Below, piece after piece: positions 18,738 through 30,308 of a stretch of 64,000 nt of DNA. The DNA lies in NCBI GenBank assembly GCA_041659985.1, contig JBAZXE010000001.1, positions 703 to 64,702 of the forward strand, read 5' to 3'. A program made the translations under genes and the position numbers. Under the pieces are notes generated by a model. The model was not told the origin of the DNA and searched no databases. It worked only from the letters and a program-made list of their open reading frames with translations. Origin of the DNA: Thermoplasmatota archaeon. Its GTDB lineage: Archaea; Thermoplasmatota; E2; JACPAO01; JAHFTW01. Each line of letters begins with the position of its first letter. The first letter of the stretch is position 1.

Positions 18738-19277
18738 ATGGCGAAGAACCCAGCCCGCATGTACCGCAAGATCATGCAGCACGCCTACACCCGCCGTGAA
18801 TACATGGGCGGCGTGCCGGGCAACCGCATCATCCAGTTCGAGTCGGGCGTCGCCACCGGCGACTTCCCGATCCGCCTCACCCTCATCGCCGAGGAACGCG
18901 GCCAGATCCGCCACACGGCCCTCGAGGCCATGCGTCAGACGGCCGTCCGTGCCCTCGACGCCGGCGTCGGCCGCGAGAACTACCACTTGCAGGTCCGCGT
19001 CTACCCGCACCACGTCCTGCGCCAGAACAAGCAGGCGTCGGGCGCCGGCGCCGACCGCGTCTCGATGGGCATGCGCCTAGCCTTCGGCAAGGCCATCGGC
19101 ACGGCCGCCCGTGTCGAGGCCGGCCAGCCCATCCTGCAGGTCCGCGTGACCGCCAAGGGCGTCGCCGCGGCCAAGGAGGCCTTCCGCAAGGCCTACAACA
19201 AGGTTGCAACGCCTTGCCACATCGACATCGAGGGCCTGGACCTCACGGCCGCTGCCCCGATTGCCGAAACCGCCTAG
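18738..19277 (+). CDS. rpl10e: 50S ribosomal protein L10e/uL16
   Basis: YTRREYMGGVP, RVYPHHVLRQNK, GADRVSMGMRLAFGK. Confidence 0.96.
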   Translation: MAKNPARMYRKIMQHAYTRREYMGGVPGNRIIQFESGVATGDFPIRLTLIAEERGQIRHTALEAMRQTAVRALDAGVGRENYHLQVRVYPHHVLRQNKQASGAGADRVSMGMRLAFGKAIGTAARVEAGQPILQVRVTAKGVAAAKEAFRKAYNKVATPCHIDIEGLDLTAAAPIAETA

Positions 19278-19311
19278 AACCCCCCGTCGCCATCGCCCTT
19301 CGGGTGACCGG

Positions 19312-19722
19312 TTGAACGCGCGCAGCTCGGCCTTGGCCGTGGTTGGCATCGCTCTGATGGCCAGCGCAGCCGCTCTCGGCGCCCTGCTGGTGCACGACGG
19401 CGAGGTCGCCGCCGAATCCGACTTGACCAAGGCCTCCCCGGGCGACTCCGTGCGCCTCAAGGGCAGCCCCGAGCCGTTTGCGCCGACCGCCCCACTGCGC
19501 ACATGGCGATCCGTCTTGCCTTTGCTGGACAACTTCACGTACACGCTCAGCGACCCGGCCGCCGGCGTCGAACTGCTGCTCACGTCGTCCGCCGAGGCTC
19601 CCGATGGCGTGGTCTTGGCCACTGGCACGGTCGGCTACGTCGCCCCCCACCCGGACGGCTCCGGCCGCCTGCTGGTCATCGTCGACGTCCACGACTGGGA
19701 CGAGCCGATTCTTTTCGGGTGA
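19312..19722 (+). CDS. Hypothetical membrane-anchored protein
   Basis: N-terminal hydrophobic helix; TTG start chosen by eye. Confidence 0.55.
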   Translation: MNARSSALAVVGIALMASAAALGALLVHDGEVAAESDLTKASPGDSVRLKGSPEPFAPTAPLRTWRSVLPLLDNFTYTLSDPAAGVELLLTSSAEAPDGVVLATGTVGYVAPHPDGSGRLLVIVDVHDWDEPILFG

Positions 19723-19726
19723 CGGC

Positions 19727-20461
19727 GTGGATCCCTGGTTGGCCGTCATCACCCTCGGCCTCACGGGCCTGTCGGTCTTCGCGTACGCCGTGCGGGCACT
19801 GGACCTCCTCGGCGCCGTGGCCTCGTTCTTCCTCGGCCTCGAGGTCGCCCTTCTCGGCGGCATCCCCTGGCTGGTGCTCATGACCCTCTTCCCAGTGCTG
19901 GGCGTCCTGGCGACGCGCATCGGGTACCGCCGCAAGGCCGAGCGCCGGGTCGCCGAGGCGGCCGGCGGCGAGCGCGGAGTGGGAAACGTGTTGGGGAACG
20001 GGCTCGGCCCGGCGCTTGCGGCCCTCGCACTCCTGTTCGAGCCGCTGGTGCCGGAGCGCGCCGCAGCGCTCGCCTTCGCCACGGCGTTGGCCGCCGTCAC
20101 CGCCGACACTCTGGCGTCCGAGATTGGCGTGCTGTCGCGCCGCGCGCGGCGCATCCTGCCGCCGTTCGGGGCCCTGCCGGCCGGCACCAACGGCGCCGTC
20201 AGCCTGGCCGGCCAACTGGCGGCCCTCGTCGGGGCCTGCGCCATCGCCGTGGCGGCGGCCGTGCTGCTCGATCTCCCGTTGACGCTGGCCTGGATTCCGC
20301 TCGTGGGCGGGTTCCTCGGCTGCCAACTCGATTCCATTCTCGGGGCCACCCTCGAGCGCGACGAGGGCCGTCCCGGCCCCTTGTCGAAGCAGGACGTCAA
20401 CTTCATCGCCAGCGCCGTGCCCGCGTTCATCGTGCTCGTCGTGGCGACGCTCACGTTGTAA
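19727..20461 (+). CDS. DUF92/TIGR00297-family membrane protein
   Basis: ERGVGNVLGNG, ADTLASEIG, GTNGAVS, DSILGATLE. Confidence 0.88.
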   Translation: MDPWLAVITLGLTGLSVFAYAVRALDLLGAVASFFLGLEVALLGGIPWLVLMTLFPVLGVLATRIGYRRKAERRVAEAAGGERGVGNVLGNGLGPALAALALLFEPLVPERAAALAFATALAAVTADTLASEIGVLSRRARRILPPFGALPAGTNGAVSLAGQLAALVGACAIAVAAAVLLDLPLTLAWIPLVGGFLGCQLDSILGATLERDEGRPGPLSKQDVNFIASAVPAFIVLVVATLTL

Positions 20462-20534
20462 TGGCGGCTCTCGTGGGGACCGTGGATTGAGCGGTCCCCC
20501 GAAGCTCAAGTGGCCGTTGTGCTTGCGACGCACG

Positions 20535-22368
<1,834 letters not shown>

Positions 22369-22489
22369 CACGAAACGGCCTTCGCTCTTCAAGCTCAGGC
22401 ACGTTTCGCGCTTGGCGGGTCCTTCGGACCCCCCACGGCCCGCAACGCTTCGCGGCGGGCAAACCGCTGACGGACTCTGTTGGATTCGG

Positions 22490-22819
22490 CTACCCGTACC
22501 CGTGGAAGCCCGCATCCACCGGCAATCCAAGCGACGATGTGTACGCCAGTTGCTCCAGCCGCGCGGCCAGCGATTCAACCTGCTCAAGGACCTTAGCGAC
22601 CTCGGCGTCGGAGAGACGGTAGTGCTGGTGGCGCCCGTCCTTGCGGCAGACCACGAGACCTGCCTCGCGCAGCGTCCCCAGATGGTGGCTGATGTTGCTC
22701 TGTTCATCGTCCAAAGCCGCGATGAGCTGGGTGACCGTGCGGTCGCCCTTGCGCAGCTCGTCCAGGATGGCGTGCCGAGTCCCTTCGGACACGAGTCTCA
22801 GGAGGGCAACGGCATCCAT
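22490..22819 (-). CDS. ArsR/SmtB-family regulator
   Basis: QSNISHHLGTLREAGLV. Confidence 0.88.
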   Translation of the reverse strand: MDAVALLRLVSEGTRHAILDELRKGDRTVTQLIAALDDEQSNISHHLGTLREAGLVVCRKDGRHQHYRLSDAEVAKVLEQVESLAARLEQLAYTSSLGLPVDAGFHGYG

Positions 22820-22856
22820 GAACAGAGATTCATGGGCTTGGCTTGAAGGTGCCGCT

Positions 22857-23636
22857 TCACTCGAGGAGCAGGAGCAGCGCCATGGCCGCGACGCCGCCAG
22901 CCACGCCGAGGAGGATGGCCTTGGCGTGCCGGTCGCCGGCGTGGTGGTGCAGCTCGGGGACCAAGTCCGCGGCGGCGATGTAGAGGAACCCGCCCGCCGT
23001 GAGGGGAATCGCCCAGCGCTCGACCGTCTCCAGCGGGAACGGCAGCAGGAAGAACAAGGCTGCCCCCGCGACGGAAGTGAGGGCGGTCGCGCCGTTCCAC
23101 ATCAAGGCGCGACGACGCGACATGCCGGAGCGCAGCAGGACCGCGAAGTCGCCGAGTTCCTGGGGAATCTCGTGCAGCACGACCGCGACCGTTGTAGCCA
23201 GGCCAAGCCGGAGATCGACCGTGTACGCGGCAGCCAGGACGGCGCCGTCGAGGAAGTTGTGCACGCCGTCGCCGATGAGGTTCATCCAACCGAACGGCGC
23301 CACGCGTCCGTGCGCATCGGTGTGCGAATGGCCATGCTCCTGCTCCAGGGCCTCGCCGTGCGCGTGCTGGGCGCGCAGGAAGACCTCGAGGAGGAAGAAG
23401 ACCATGAAACCGGCCAGGACCAAGATGGCCATCCTGAGCGGGAACCCGCCCCACAGCTCGGCCGCCTCGGGCAAAAGGTGCAGGAAGGCATCGCCCAGGA
23501 GGGCGCCGGCCGCCACCGCCACCAACGCCAGGATGGCGCTGTGCGAGCGCAGCCAACGCCAACCGGCGGCGGCGCCGACGAGGCTGATGAGGCTGACGAC
23601 CGCCACGGCCGCGAAGGCGTAGGCCCAACTTTGCAT
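22857..23636 (-). CDS. ZIP-family metal transporter
   Basis: HLLPEA, His-rich loop, HNFLDG, HEIPQE. Confidence 0.93.
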   Translation of the reverse strand: MQSWAYAFAAVAVVSLISLVGAAAGWRWLRSHSAILALVAVAAGALLGDAFLHLLPEAAELWGGFPLRMAILVLAGFMVFFLLEVFLRAQHAHGEALEQEHGHSHTDAHGRVAPFGWMNLIGDGVHNFLDGAVLAAAYTVDLRLGLATTVAVVLHEIPQELGDFAVLLRSGMSRRRALMWNGATALTSVAGAALFFLLPFPLETVERWAIPLTAGGFLYIAAADLVPELHHHAGDRHAKAILLGVAGGVAAMALLLLLE

Positions 23637-23656
23637 GACCCCGGCGACGGAGTTGA

Positions 23657-23686
23657 CTTCATAACATCTTGCTAGGAATTATGAAG
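23657..23686. promoter_or_regulatory. Candidate operator CTTCATAA-N14-TTATGAAG between ZIP and NikR-like genes
   Basis: Perfect 8-bp inverted repeat in the divergent intergenic gap. Confidence 0.6.
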
Positions 23687-23707
23687 AGCGGGGGGTTCGG
23701 GTTCGCA

Positions 23708-24091
23708 ATGACCACCGTCCTGAGCGCCAGCCTACCCGACGACCTGGTGGCCGAACTGGACGCCGCCATCGCCGGAGGCTCCTACCGGGGGCGCAGCGAA
23801 TTCGTCCGCGCCGCCGTCCGCGACCGCCTCGCCACCGGCCATCCGCCGACGGGCAAGCACGTCCACGGCTCCATCACGGTCCTGTACCCGCACGAGAAGG
23901 AGGCCCGCATCTCCGAAGTCCGGCACGCGTTCCACGATGTCGTCCTCAGCCTCATGCACACCCACTGCGAACCCGAGACGTGCATGGATGTCCTCCTGGT
24001 GGGCGGCTCACCGCAACGGGTGCAGGACCTGGCGGCGACCCTGGAACGGATGCGTGATGTCCGGAGGAGCCGGCTGGTCGTCATGGCGTAG
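23708..24091 (+). CDS. nikR: NikR-family ribbon-helix-helix metalloregulator
   Basis: SLPDDLV..RSEFVRAAVR; H...HTH...C metal site. Confidence 0.85.
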   Translation: MTTVLSASLPDDLVAELDAAIAGGSYRGRSEFVRAAVRDRLATGHPPTGKHVHGSITVLYPHEKEARISEVRHAFHDVVLSLMHTHCEPETCMDVLLVGGSPQRVQDLAATLERMRDVRRSRLVVMA

Positions 24092-24121
24092 CCTCAAGTC
24101 GCCCCCGCCGACTCGCCCCTC

Positions 24122-24727
24122 GTGTCTGAGAAGCCGTTCCACGATCCGCACGTGGGTCTGTCGCGCATCTACACCAAGACCGGCGACAAGGGGGAGACGT
24201 CACTGGTCGGAGGCCAGCGCGTCCCCAAGGACGACATGCGCATCGAGGCGTACGGAACCGTCGATGAATTGAACGCCTTCGTTGGCCTGGCACGCACCGC
24301 GGCCCTCGACTCGCAGGGCAAGGCCGACGCCATGGCCGCTGCCCTGCTGCGTGTCCAACACCAACTGTTCAACCTCGGCTCCGTGCTCTCCACGCTGCCC
24401 GGCGACCTCCACCCTAAACAGCCAAGGACGACGGAGGCTGACATCGCCTGGCTGGAGTCCGAGATGGATGCCCGCACGGCCAAACTCCCCGCACTGCGCT
24501 CCTTCGTGCTCCCCGGCGGCTCGCGCCTGAACGGCCTGCTGCACATCGCCCGCACGGTGTGCCGTCGCGCCGAGCGGGTGGCCGTTGGTCTGCATCGCAA
24601 CGGCGGATGCGGAGATGTCGAAGTGCGGTACCTCAACCGGTTGTCGGATGCCCTGTTCGTGTGGTCACGGGCGGCCAGCCACGACCTCGGCGTCCCCGAA
24701 ACTCTCTGGGAACCGAACAAGGCATGA
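24122..24727 (+). CDS. PduO-type cob(I)alamin adenosyltransferase
   Basis: IYTKTGDKG, YGTVDELN, RTVCRRAER, YLNRLSD. Confidence 0.93.
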   Translation: MSEKPFHDPHVGLSRIYTKTGDKGETSLVGGQRVPKDDMRIEAYGTVDELNAFVGLARTAALDSQGKADAMAAALLRVQHQLFNLGSVLSTLPGDLHPKQPRTTEADIAWLESEMDARTAKLPALRSFVLPGGSRLNGLLHIARTVCRRAERVAVGLHRNGGCGDVEVRYLNRLSDALFVWSRAASHDLGVPETLWEPNKA

Positions 24728-24919
24728 CGCGCCGCCGCGTCATGAACGAACGCGCCCGTTGGATTTCCCGAGCGCGGTGCAACCCTCCTTTCGCCATCGG
24801 CGTCGTCGGCGTGGGAACACGACGTGGTCGGTGTTGCCGTCGGAAGACGTTGATTCGGCATTGAACAGGAACGGCGCCGAGCGTAAGTTCTTCCCCGCCT
24901 TAGGCACTCGGCTGGCTGC

Positions 24920-25810
24920 ATGGCCACCTCCGCCACCGGCACGACCCCCGAACGGCAAGCCTTCGCCCTCCCCGGCATCGTGGGCCTGCTGATCATCCTC
25001 CTGTGCGGCGGCGGGGCCGTCACCCTCATCCTGCTCGGAGTCGGTCTCGGCTCCGGCGGCCTCGTCATCCCGGGCGTCCTTTTGGGCATCGCCGCATTCC
25101 TCTCCATCGGCGGCCTCTTCGTCATCCAACCCAACCAGGCCGAAGTGCTCGTCTTCTTGGGCCGCTACCGTGGCACGGTGCACAAGGACGGCTGGTACTG
25201 GACCAACCCGTTCACCGCCAAGCGCAAGCTCAGCCTGCGCGTGCAGAACTTCAACACGCCAACCTTGAAGGTCAACGACGCCGACGGAAACCCCATCGAG
25301 ATTGCGGCCGTCGTCGTGTGGCGCGTTGCCGACACCGCGCGGGCCACCTTCGACGTCGAGAACTACGGCCAATTCATCCAGGTGCAGGCGGAGACGGCAG
25401 TCCGGCACATCGCCAACGAGTACCCGTACGACGTCGGCGCCGACCCGAAATCCGCAACGCTGCGCGGCAGTGCCGACCAAGTGTCCAAGACCCTCAACGT
25501 GGAATTGCAAAGCCGCCTCAACGTGGCCGGCATTCAAGTCGTCGAGACGCGGTTGACGCATCTCGCCTACAGTCCGGAGATCGCTGGCGCCATGCTGCAG
25601 CGCCAGCAGGCCGCCGCCATCATCGCGGCGCGCCAACGCATCGCCACCGGCGCGGTGGGCATCGTCGAGACCGTCCTCAAGGATCTCGCAAAGAACGGAG
25701 CCATCAAACTGTCGCCGACCGAGAAAGCCCAGATGGTGACAAGCCTCCTCGTCGTGCTGACGTCAGATCGTGGCGCGCAGCCTGTGCTCGCGACGGCCAC
25801 GAGCCCGTAG
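24920..25810 (+). CDS. SPFH/band-7 membrane protein
   Basis: Two TMs, KVNDADGNPIEIAAV, LAYSPEIAGAMLQRQQA. Confidence 0.9.
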   Translation: MATSATGTTPERQAFALPGIVGLLIILLCGGGAVTLILLGVGLGSGGLVIPGVLLGIAAFLSIGGLFVIQPNQAEVLVFLGRYRGTVHKDGWYWTNPFTAKRKLSLRVQNFNTPTLKVNDADGNPIEIAAVVVWRVADTARATFDVENYGQFIQVQAETAVRHIANEYPYDVGADPKSATLRGSADQVSKTLNVELQSRLNVAGIQVVETRLTHLAYSPEIAGAMLQRQQAAAIIAARQRIATGAVGIVETVLKDLAKNGAIKLSPTEKAQMVTSLLVVLTSDRGAQPVLATATSP

Positions 25811-25870
25811 CTAGTCGTGGCGAACCAACAAGAAGAGAGGAAAGAAGGGAAAAGGAACCGACGACGGGCG

Positions 25871-27142
25871 TTAGGCCGCGCGGCGGCGCATGAAGGCGAC
25901 CATGAGGCCGAGCAGGCCAAGGACCGCCAAGGGGCCGACGCCGGGAATACCCGACTTCGTGCTAGCGACCGCGTTTCCGCTGCCTTGGGTTTCCAACAAG
26001 TGGGTTTCCAGTTGCGCGATGCGGGCTTCAAGGGCCGCGACTTGCGAGGAGTCCGCCCCGGACGATGAGGCCCCCTGCACATCAAGGCGAACCTTCGATC
26101 CGCTGACTTCCAGCACGATCGGACCGCCGAACTCTGGGGTCGGGACCGAGATGAGGACCTCGCCCCCTTCGCCTGGCGCGAGGACCGGGGTGATGCGCAC
26201 ATCGACGATGACGCCATCGATCTTGGTCACCAAGACGCCCTGGCCCGTGCCAGTGCCGTCGTTGGAGAACTTCACGGTGATCTTGTAGTCCTCGCCGGCA
26301 ACGGGCTGCTCCGAAGGAAGCAGGATTGCGCTGGGGACGACCAGCGGCTGCTGGTTGCTGACGCCGACGATGCCGATGCGGACCGAGTTGACGGGGATGG
26401 GGCTCTGTGCCGCCAGGCCGGCGGCGGAGGCCGGAACCAAGTACCAGCCGTTGCCTTCGCGTTCAGACAAGCTCCACGTGCGCGCGGCAGGGGTCGTGCC
26501 AGCCACGATGGCAGGGCCGGTGGCCGTGTCGCGGTTGACGATGAAGTCTGCATCGTTGGCAAAGACGAAGCCGGGCTGGAGGGTGCCGGTTGGCGTGATC
26601 CGGATGGTCCAGGAACCGGTGGTCGTGCTAGGCGCTAGCCCGCGCGTCGTGCCGGTCATCGTGGTGATGAAGACCGGGTCGGTCCGGTCGTACTTTCCGC
26701 TTCCGTTGGGGTCGCCGTATCGGACTTCGACCGCGCGCTCCGTGTAGGTGGCCAGCTGCTCCACGATGTCGGCGTCTGTGATGGCCGTTCCAACGGCCTT
26801 GCCCTGGCAGGGGGTCATCCGAATGTCCTTCGTGTACACGACACCCGTCGCAGGCAATGCGACGACAGGGCGGGCCGTTCCGCCATCCGTGTTGTCCATC
26901 ATGAGAAGGACGCAGTTGTCGCGCACGTCGCCAACGACACCAGCGTCGAACTCCATGACGCGCACCGCACCGGACACGCGCTTCGTCAGGGGCAGGTAAT
27001 CGAAGTCGCCGACCTTGACGCGGGTGCCGTAGGTACCGAGTTGGGCATTCTGAATCTGCGCGAAGGCCGTAGGGGCGACGACCAGCGCTACAAGGGCAAG
27101 CGTCGCTGCGAGGCGCAATGTGCGGCCGGGGATTGTCTGCAT
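25871..27142 (-). CDS. Secreted surface protein with CARDB-like domain and PGF-CTERM-like anchor
   Basis: Signal peptide; IPGVG-TM-RRR C-terminus. Confidence 0.8.
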   Translation of the reverse strand: MQTIPGRTLRLAATLALVALVVAPTAFAQIQNAQLGTYGTRVKVGDFDYLPLTKRVSGAVRVMEFDAGVVGDVRDNCVLLMMDNTDGGTARPVVALPATGVVYTKDIRMTPCQGKAVGTAITDADIVEQLATYTERAVEVRYGDPNGSGKYDRTDPVFITTMTGTTRGLAPSTTTGSWTIRITPTGTLQPGFVFANDADFIVNRDTATGPAIVAGTTPAARTWSLSEREGNGWYLVPASAAGLAAQSPIPVNSVRIGIVGVSNQQPLVVPSAILLPSEQPVAGEDYKITVKFSNDGTGTGQGVLVTKIDGVIVDVRITPVLAPGEGGEVLISVPTPEFGGPIVLEVSGSKVRLDVQGASSSGADSSQVAALEARIAQLETHLLETQGSGNAVASTKSGIPGVGPLAVLGLLGLMVAFMRRRAA

Positions 27143-27220
27143 AGGAGGTATCTCCAGCCGCTAGGCCACGCGACGGTGCTTCAGGGTTCCCTCCAGAAAC
27201 TCTGGACTGGCCACTGGCAG

Positions 27221-27299
27221 CAATTGACCAATTGTGACTATTGAGGCAAATCCTAGGGGGATTCCCTGTGTGACATTGAGAAATCATAGACTATTGAGG
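27221..27299. promoter_or_regulatory. Divergent AT-rich promoter region with GACTATTGAGG direct repeats
   Basis: GACTATTGAGG at 27236 and 27289; CATTGAG 27274; CAATTG 27221 and 27229. Confidence 0.55.
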
Positions 27300-27354
27300 A
27301 TACTCTCAAGGTGGACGCCGGGGCCTTGGCGCTCACCCGACAGGGGTATCCATC

Positions 27355-28371
27355 ATGACCACCCGCCTCCTTTCCAGCCTCGCCTTGGCCGCCGTCTGCG
27401 CCATGGTCCTCGCCGGCTGCACCAGCGCAGACCCGGACGCCGACTCCGGCACCGAGACCACGACGGGCACCAGCTCCACGACCAGCAGCTCCGGCAGCCA
27501 ACCCAGCTGCACGTCCAGCGGCTCCCGCGTCACCATCAACCAAGCCGGCAGCTCCACGGTCCTGCCCATCGCTGAAGCCTGGGCCGAAGAGTTCGGCTCC
27601 TGCCTGAACGCCAACATCGTCGTCGGTGGCGGCGGCTCCAGCTCCGGCATCCAGAAGTTCTGCCGCGGCGAGCTCGACATCGGCGACGCCAGCCGCCCAA
27701 TCAAGCAGTCGGAGATCGACACCTGCCGGGCCATTGGCATCGACCCGGTCGAGTTCACGGTCGCCATCGATGGCCTTTCCGTCGTCGTCTCCGACTCGAA
27801 CTCGTTCGTGGACTGCCTTACGGTGGCCCAGCTCAACAAGATCTGGACCGCCGACAAGTCGAAGCAGGTCAGCAACTGGAAGGACCTGAACCCGGCCTGG
27901 CCCGACCAGACGATCCGCCTCTTTGGCCCCGGCACCGACTCCGGCACGCTGGACTACTTCCGCGAGGTCATCATTCGCGCCTTCGACGGCAGCACCGCCG
28001 AGCTGCGCAGCGACTTCACCCCGAGCGAAGACGACAACGTCCTCGTCCAGGGCGTCGCCTCGAGCCAGTACGCCCTCGGCTACTTCGGCCTCGCCTACTT
28101 CGAAGAGAACCAGGACAAACTCAACGTCGTTAAGGTCGATGCCGGCAAAGGCGCCGGCTGCGTCGAGCCCACGCCGGCCGACGTCGAATCGGGCAAGTAC
28201 GCCCCGCTCAGCCGACCCATCTTCATGTACGTGGATGGCATCCCCACGGGCACCCTGAAGGCCTACTTTGAGCAGGGTTACTCCACCGACGGCCAGGACA
28301 TCGTCGAGGAAGTCGGCTACATCCGCCTCCCGCCGGCCAAGCTCGACGAGATGCGCGCTAAGCTAGGGTAG
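27355..28371 (+). CDS. pstS: Phosphate ABC transporter substrate-binding lipoprotein
   Basis: LAGC lipobox, AGSSTV, DSGT, SEDDN, YAPLSRP. Confidence 0.95.
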   Translation: MTTRLLSSLALAAVCAMVLAGCTSADPDADSGTETTTGTSSTTSSSGSQPSCTSSGSRVTINQAGSSTVLPIAEAWAEEFGSCLNANIVVGGGGSSSGIQKFCRGELDIGDASRPIKQSEIDTCRAIGIDPVEFTVAIDGLSVVVSDSNSFVDCLTVAQLNKIWTADKSKQVSNWKDLNPAWPDQTIRLFGPGTDSGTLDYFREVIIRAFDGSTAELRSDFTPSEDDNVLVQGVASSQYALGYFGLAYFEENQDKLNVVKVDAGKGAGCVEPTPADVESGKYAPLSRPIFMYVDGIPTGTLKAYFEQGYSTDGQDIVEEVGYIRLPPAKLDEMRAKLG

Positions 28372-28434
28372 TCCGCCTAGCGCTTCCTTCTTCCCTTCTT
28401 CCTTCCTCCCCCGTTCTAGTCCCTGCGTGCCGCC

Positions 28435-29403
28435 ATGCCTCCTGAGATGCCGTCCGCACACGCCAACCAGCGTGCAGCGGCTGCGGCCCCCGACGGGTTC
28501 GCGCTGCGCTCGCACCGGTTTCTCCTCAACTTGTGGCTGGAACGCGGCATCGTCGGCGTCCTCTTCCTCGCCGCGAGCATCGCCGCGCTGGCCACGGCGG
28601 CCATCTTTTGGACCATGGCCGACAATGGCCGGGAATTCTTCAGCGCGGTCTCCCTCCGGGAATTCCTCCTGAGCAAGACCTGGGCGCCGGACTTTCAGCC
28701 GCGCCAATATGGCATTCGTCCGCTCCTGACCGGCACCATCAAGATCGCCTTCGGCGCGGCGGTCATCGGCGTTCCCTTCGGCGTCGGTTCGGCCCTCTAC
28801 ATCTCCGAGTTCGCCTCACCGCGAGCCCGCGCCATCCTGAAGCCAGCCATCGAACTCCTGGCGGGAATCCCCTCCATCGTGTTCGGTATCGTGGCGCTCT
28901 TCGTCATTGGCCCCTTCATCCAGGACTTGTTCAACCTGCCCACCGTCTTCTCGGCCCTTGCTGCGACGCTGGCGCTGGCCGTGATGGTCGTCCCGATCAT
29001 CTGCTCCATCGCAGAGGACGCGCTGCGAGCCGTCCCCCGCGAGCTGCGCGAAGGGGCCATGGCCCTCGGCTCGACGAAATGGGAATCGACGTGGCAGGTC
29101 GTGCTGCCCGCCGCCCGTTCCGGCATCAGCGCCGCCACCATCCTCGGGTTTAGCCGCGCCGTGGGCGAGACCATGGTCGTGACGATGGCCGCCGGACTGG
29201 TGCCGACGAACTCGTGGAGTTACCTCGTCCCGTCGCAGACCATTACGGCGTTCATCGCAAACCGCGCCGCCGGCGACCTCCCGGCGGGATCCGTTGCTTA
29301 CCTCTCCATCTTCGCCGTCGGCTTGGCTCTCTTCGTCATCACGTTCGCCATCAACCTGGTGGCGGAATTCATCCTGGCCCGGTACCGCAAGAGGTTCGCA
29401 TGA
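28435..29403 (+). CDS. pstC: Phosphate ABC permease
   Basis: ELLAGIPSIVFG, SRAVGETM. Confidence 0.95.
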   Translation: MPPEMPSAHANQRAAAAAPDGFALRSHRFLLNLWLERGIVGVLFLAASIAALATAAIFWTMADNGREFFSAVSLREFLLSKTWAPDFQPRQYGIRPLLTGTIKIAFGAAVIGVPFGVGSALYISEFASPRARAILKPAIELLAGIPSIVFGIVALFVIGPFIQDLFNLPTVFSALAATLALAVMVVPIICSIAEDALRAVPRELREGAMALGSTKWESTWQVVLPAARSGISAATILGFSRAVGETMVVTMAAGLVPTNSWSYLVPSQTITAFIANRAAGDLPAGSVAYLSIFAVGLALFVITFAINLVAEFILARYRKRFA

Positions 29404-30305
29404 TCCCCGACCCCAGCGCCAACCCAGCCGAGGGGCTCGGCCAGATTTCCGGGGCCCGCCGCCTACGCGGCCGGCTGGGAATCGGTCTCCTTTCCCTGGC
29501 GGCCTTGACCTCGTTGGCGGTCTTGGCCTGGCTCCTTATCCTGATGGTCGGGAAGGGCTGGACCGCCATCGATTGGCAGTTCTTCACGTCGTTCACGTCG
29601 CGGTTCGCCGCCAAGGCCGGCATCAAGGCGGCGTTGGTCGGGACCTTGTGGCTTGGCATCTCCAGCATGCTGGTCGCGCTTCCGCTGGGCATCCTGGCCG
29701 CCATCTACCTCAACGAGTTCGCGCGCGCCGGACCGGTCACCTCCTTCCTGCGCGCCAGCATCGCCAACCTGGCCGGCGTGCCCAGCGTCGTCTTCGGTAT
29801 CCTTGGCCTGGCGTTGTTCGTGCGCGCCATGCACCTCGGGTCATCCATCGCCGCCGCGGGCCTTACCCTTGGCCTGCTCACGCTACCCATCGTCATCGTC
29901 GTCTCCGAGGAGGCGCTCAAGTCCGTGCCGCGCTCGATCCGCGAGGCCGCGTTCGGACTGGGCGCCAGCCGCTGGCAGACGGTACGCCACCACGTCCTGC
30001 CCTACTCGTTGCCCGGAATGCTGACCGGCTCCATCCTTGCCCTCAGCCGCACGATGGGCGAGACCGCCCCCCTCATCATCATCGGCGCTGCCACCGCCAT
30101 CTTCGCGCTCCCCACTGGATTGACCGGCGACGGCGGTTCCTACACGGCGCTGCCCATCCAGTCCTACTACTGGGCCGAAAACGCCAAGGAAGAATTCCAG
30201 ACCCTGGCCTGGGGCGGGGTCACGGTCCTCGTGTCCCTCGTGCTCGTCGGCAACCTCGCGGCCATCGTGCTGCGAAACCGCTTCCAGAAACGCTACCGCT
30301 GGTGA
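29400..30305 (+). CDS. pstA: Phosphate ABC permease
   Basis: NLAGVPSVVFG, SRTMGETAP; ATGA overlap with pstC. Confidence 0.95.
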   Translation: MIPDPSANPAEGLGQISGARRLRGRLGIGLLSLAALTSLAVLAWLLILMVGKGWTAIDWQFFTSFTSRFAAKAGIKAALVGTLWLGISSMLVALPLGILAAIYLNEFARAGPVTSFLRASIANLAGVPSVVFGILGLALFVRAMHLGSSIAAAGLTLGLLTLPIVIVVSEEALKSVPRSIREAAFGLGASRWQTVRHHVLPYSLPGMLTGSILALSRTMGETAPLIIIGAATAIFALPTGLTGDGGSYTALPIQSYYWAENAKEEFQTLAWGGVTVLVSLVLVGNLAAIVLRNRFQKRYRW

Positions 30306-30308
30306 CCC

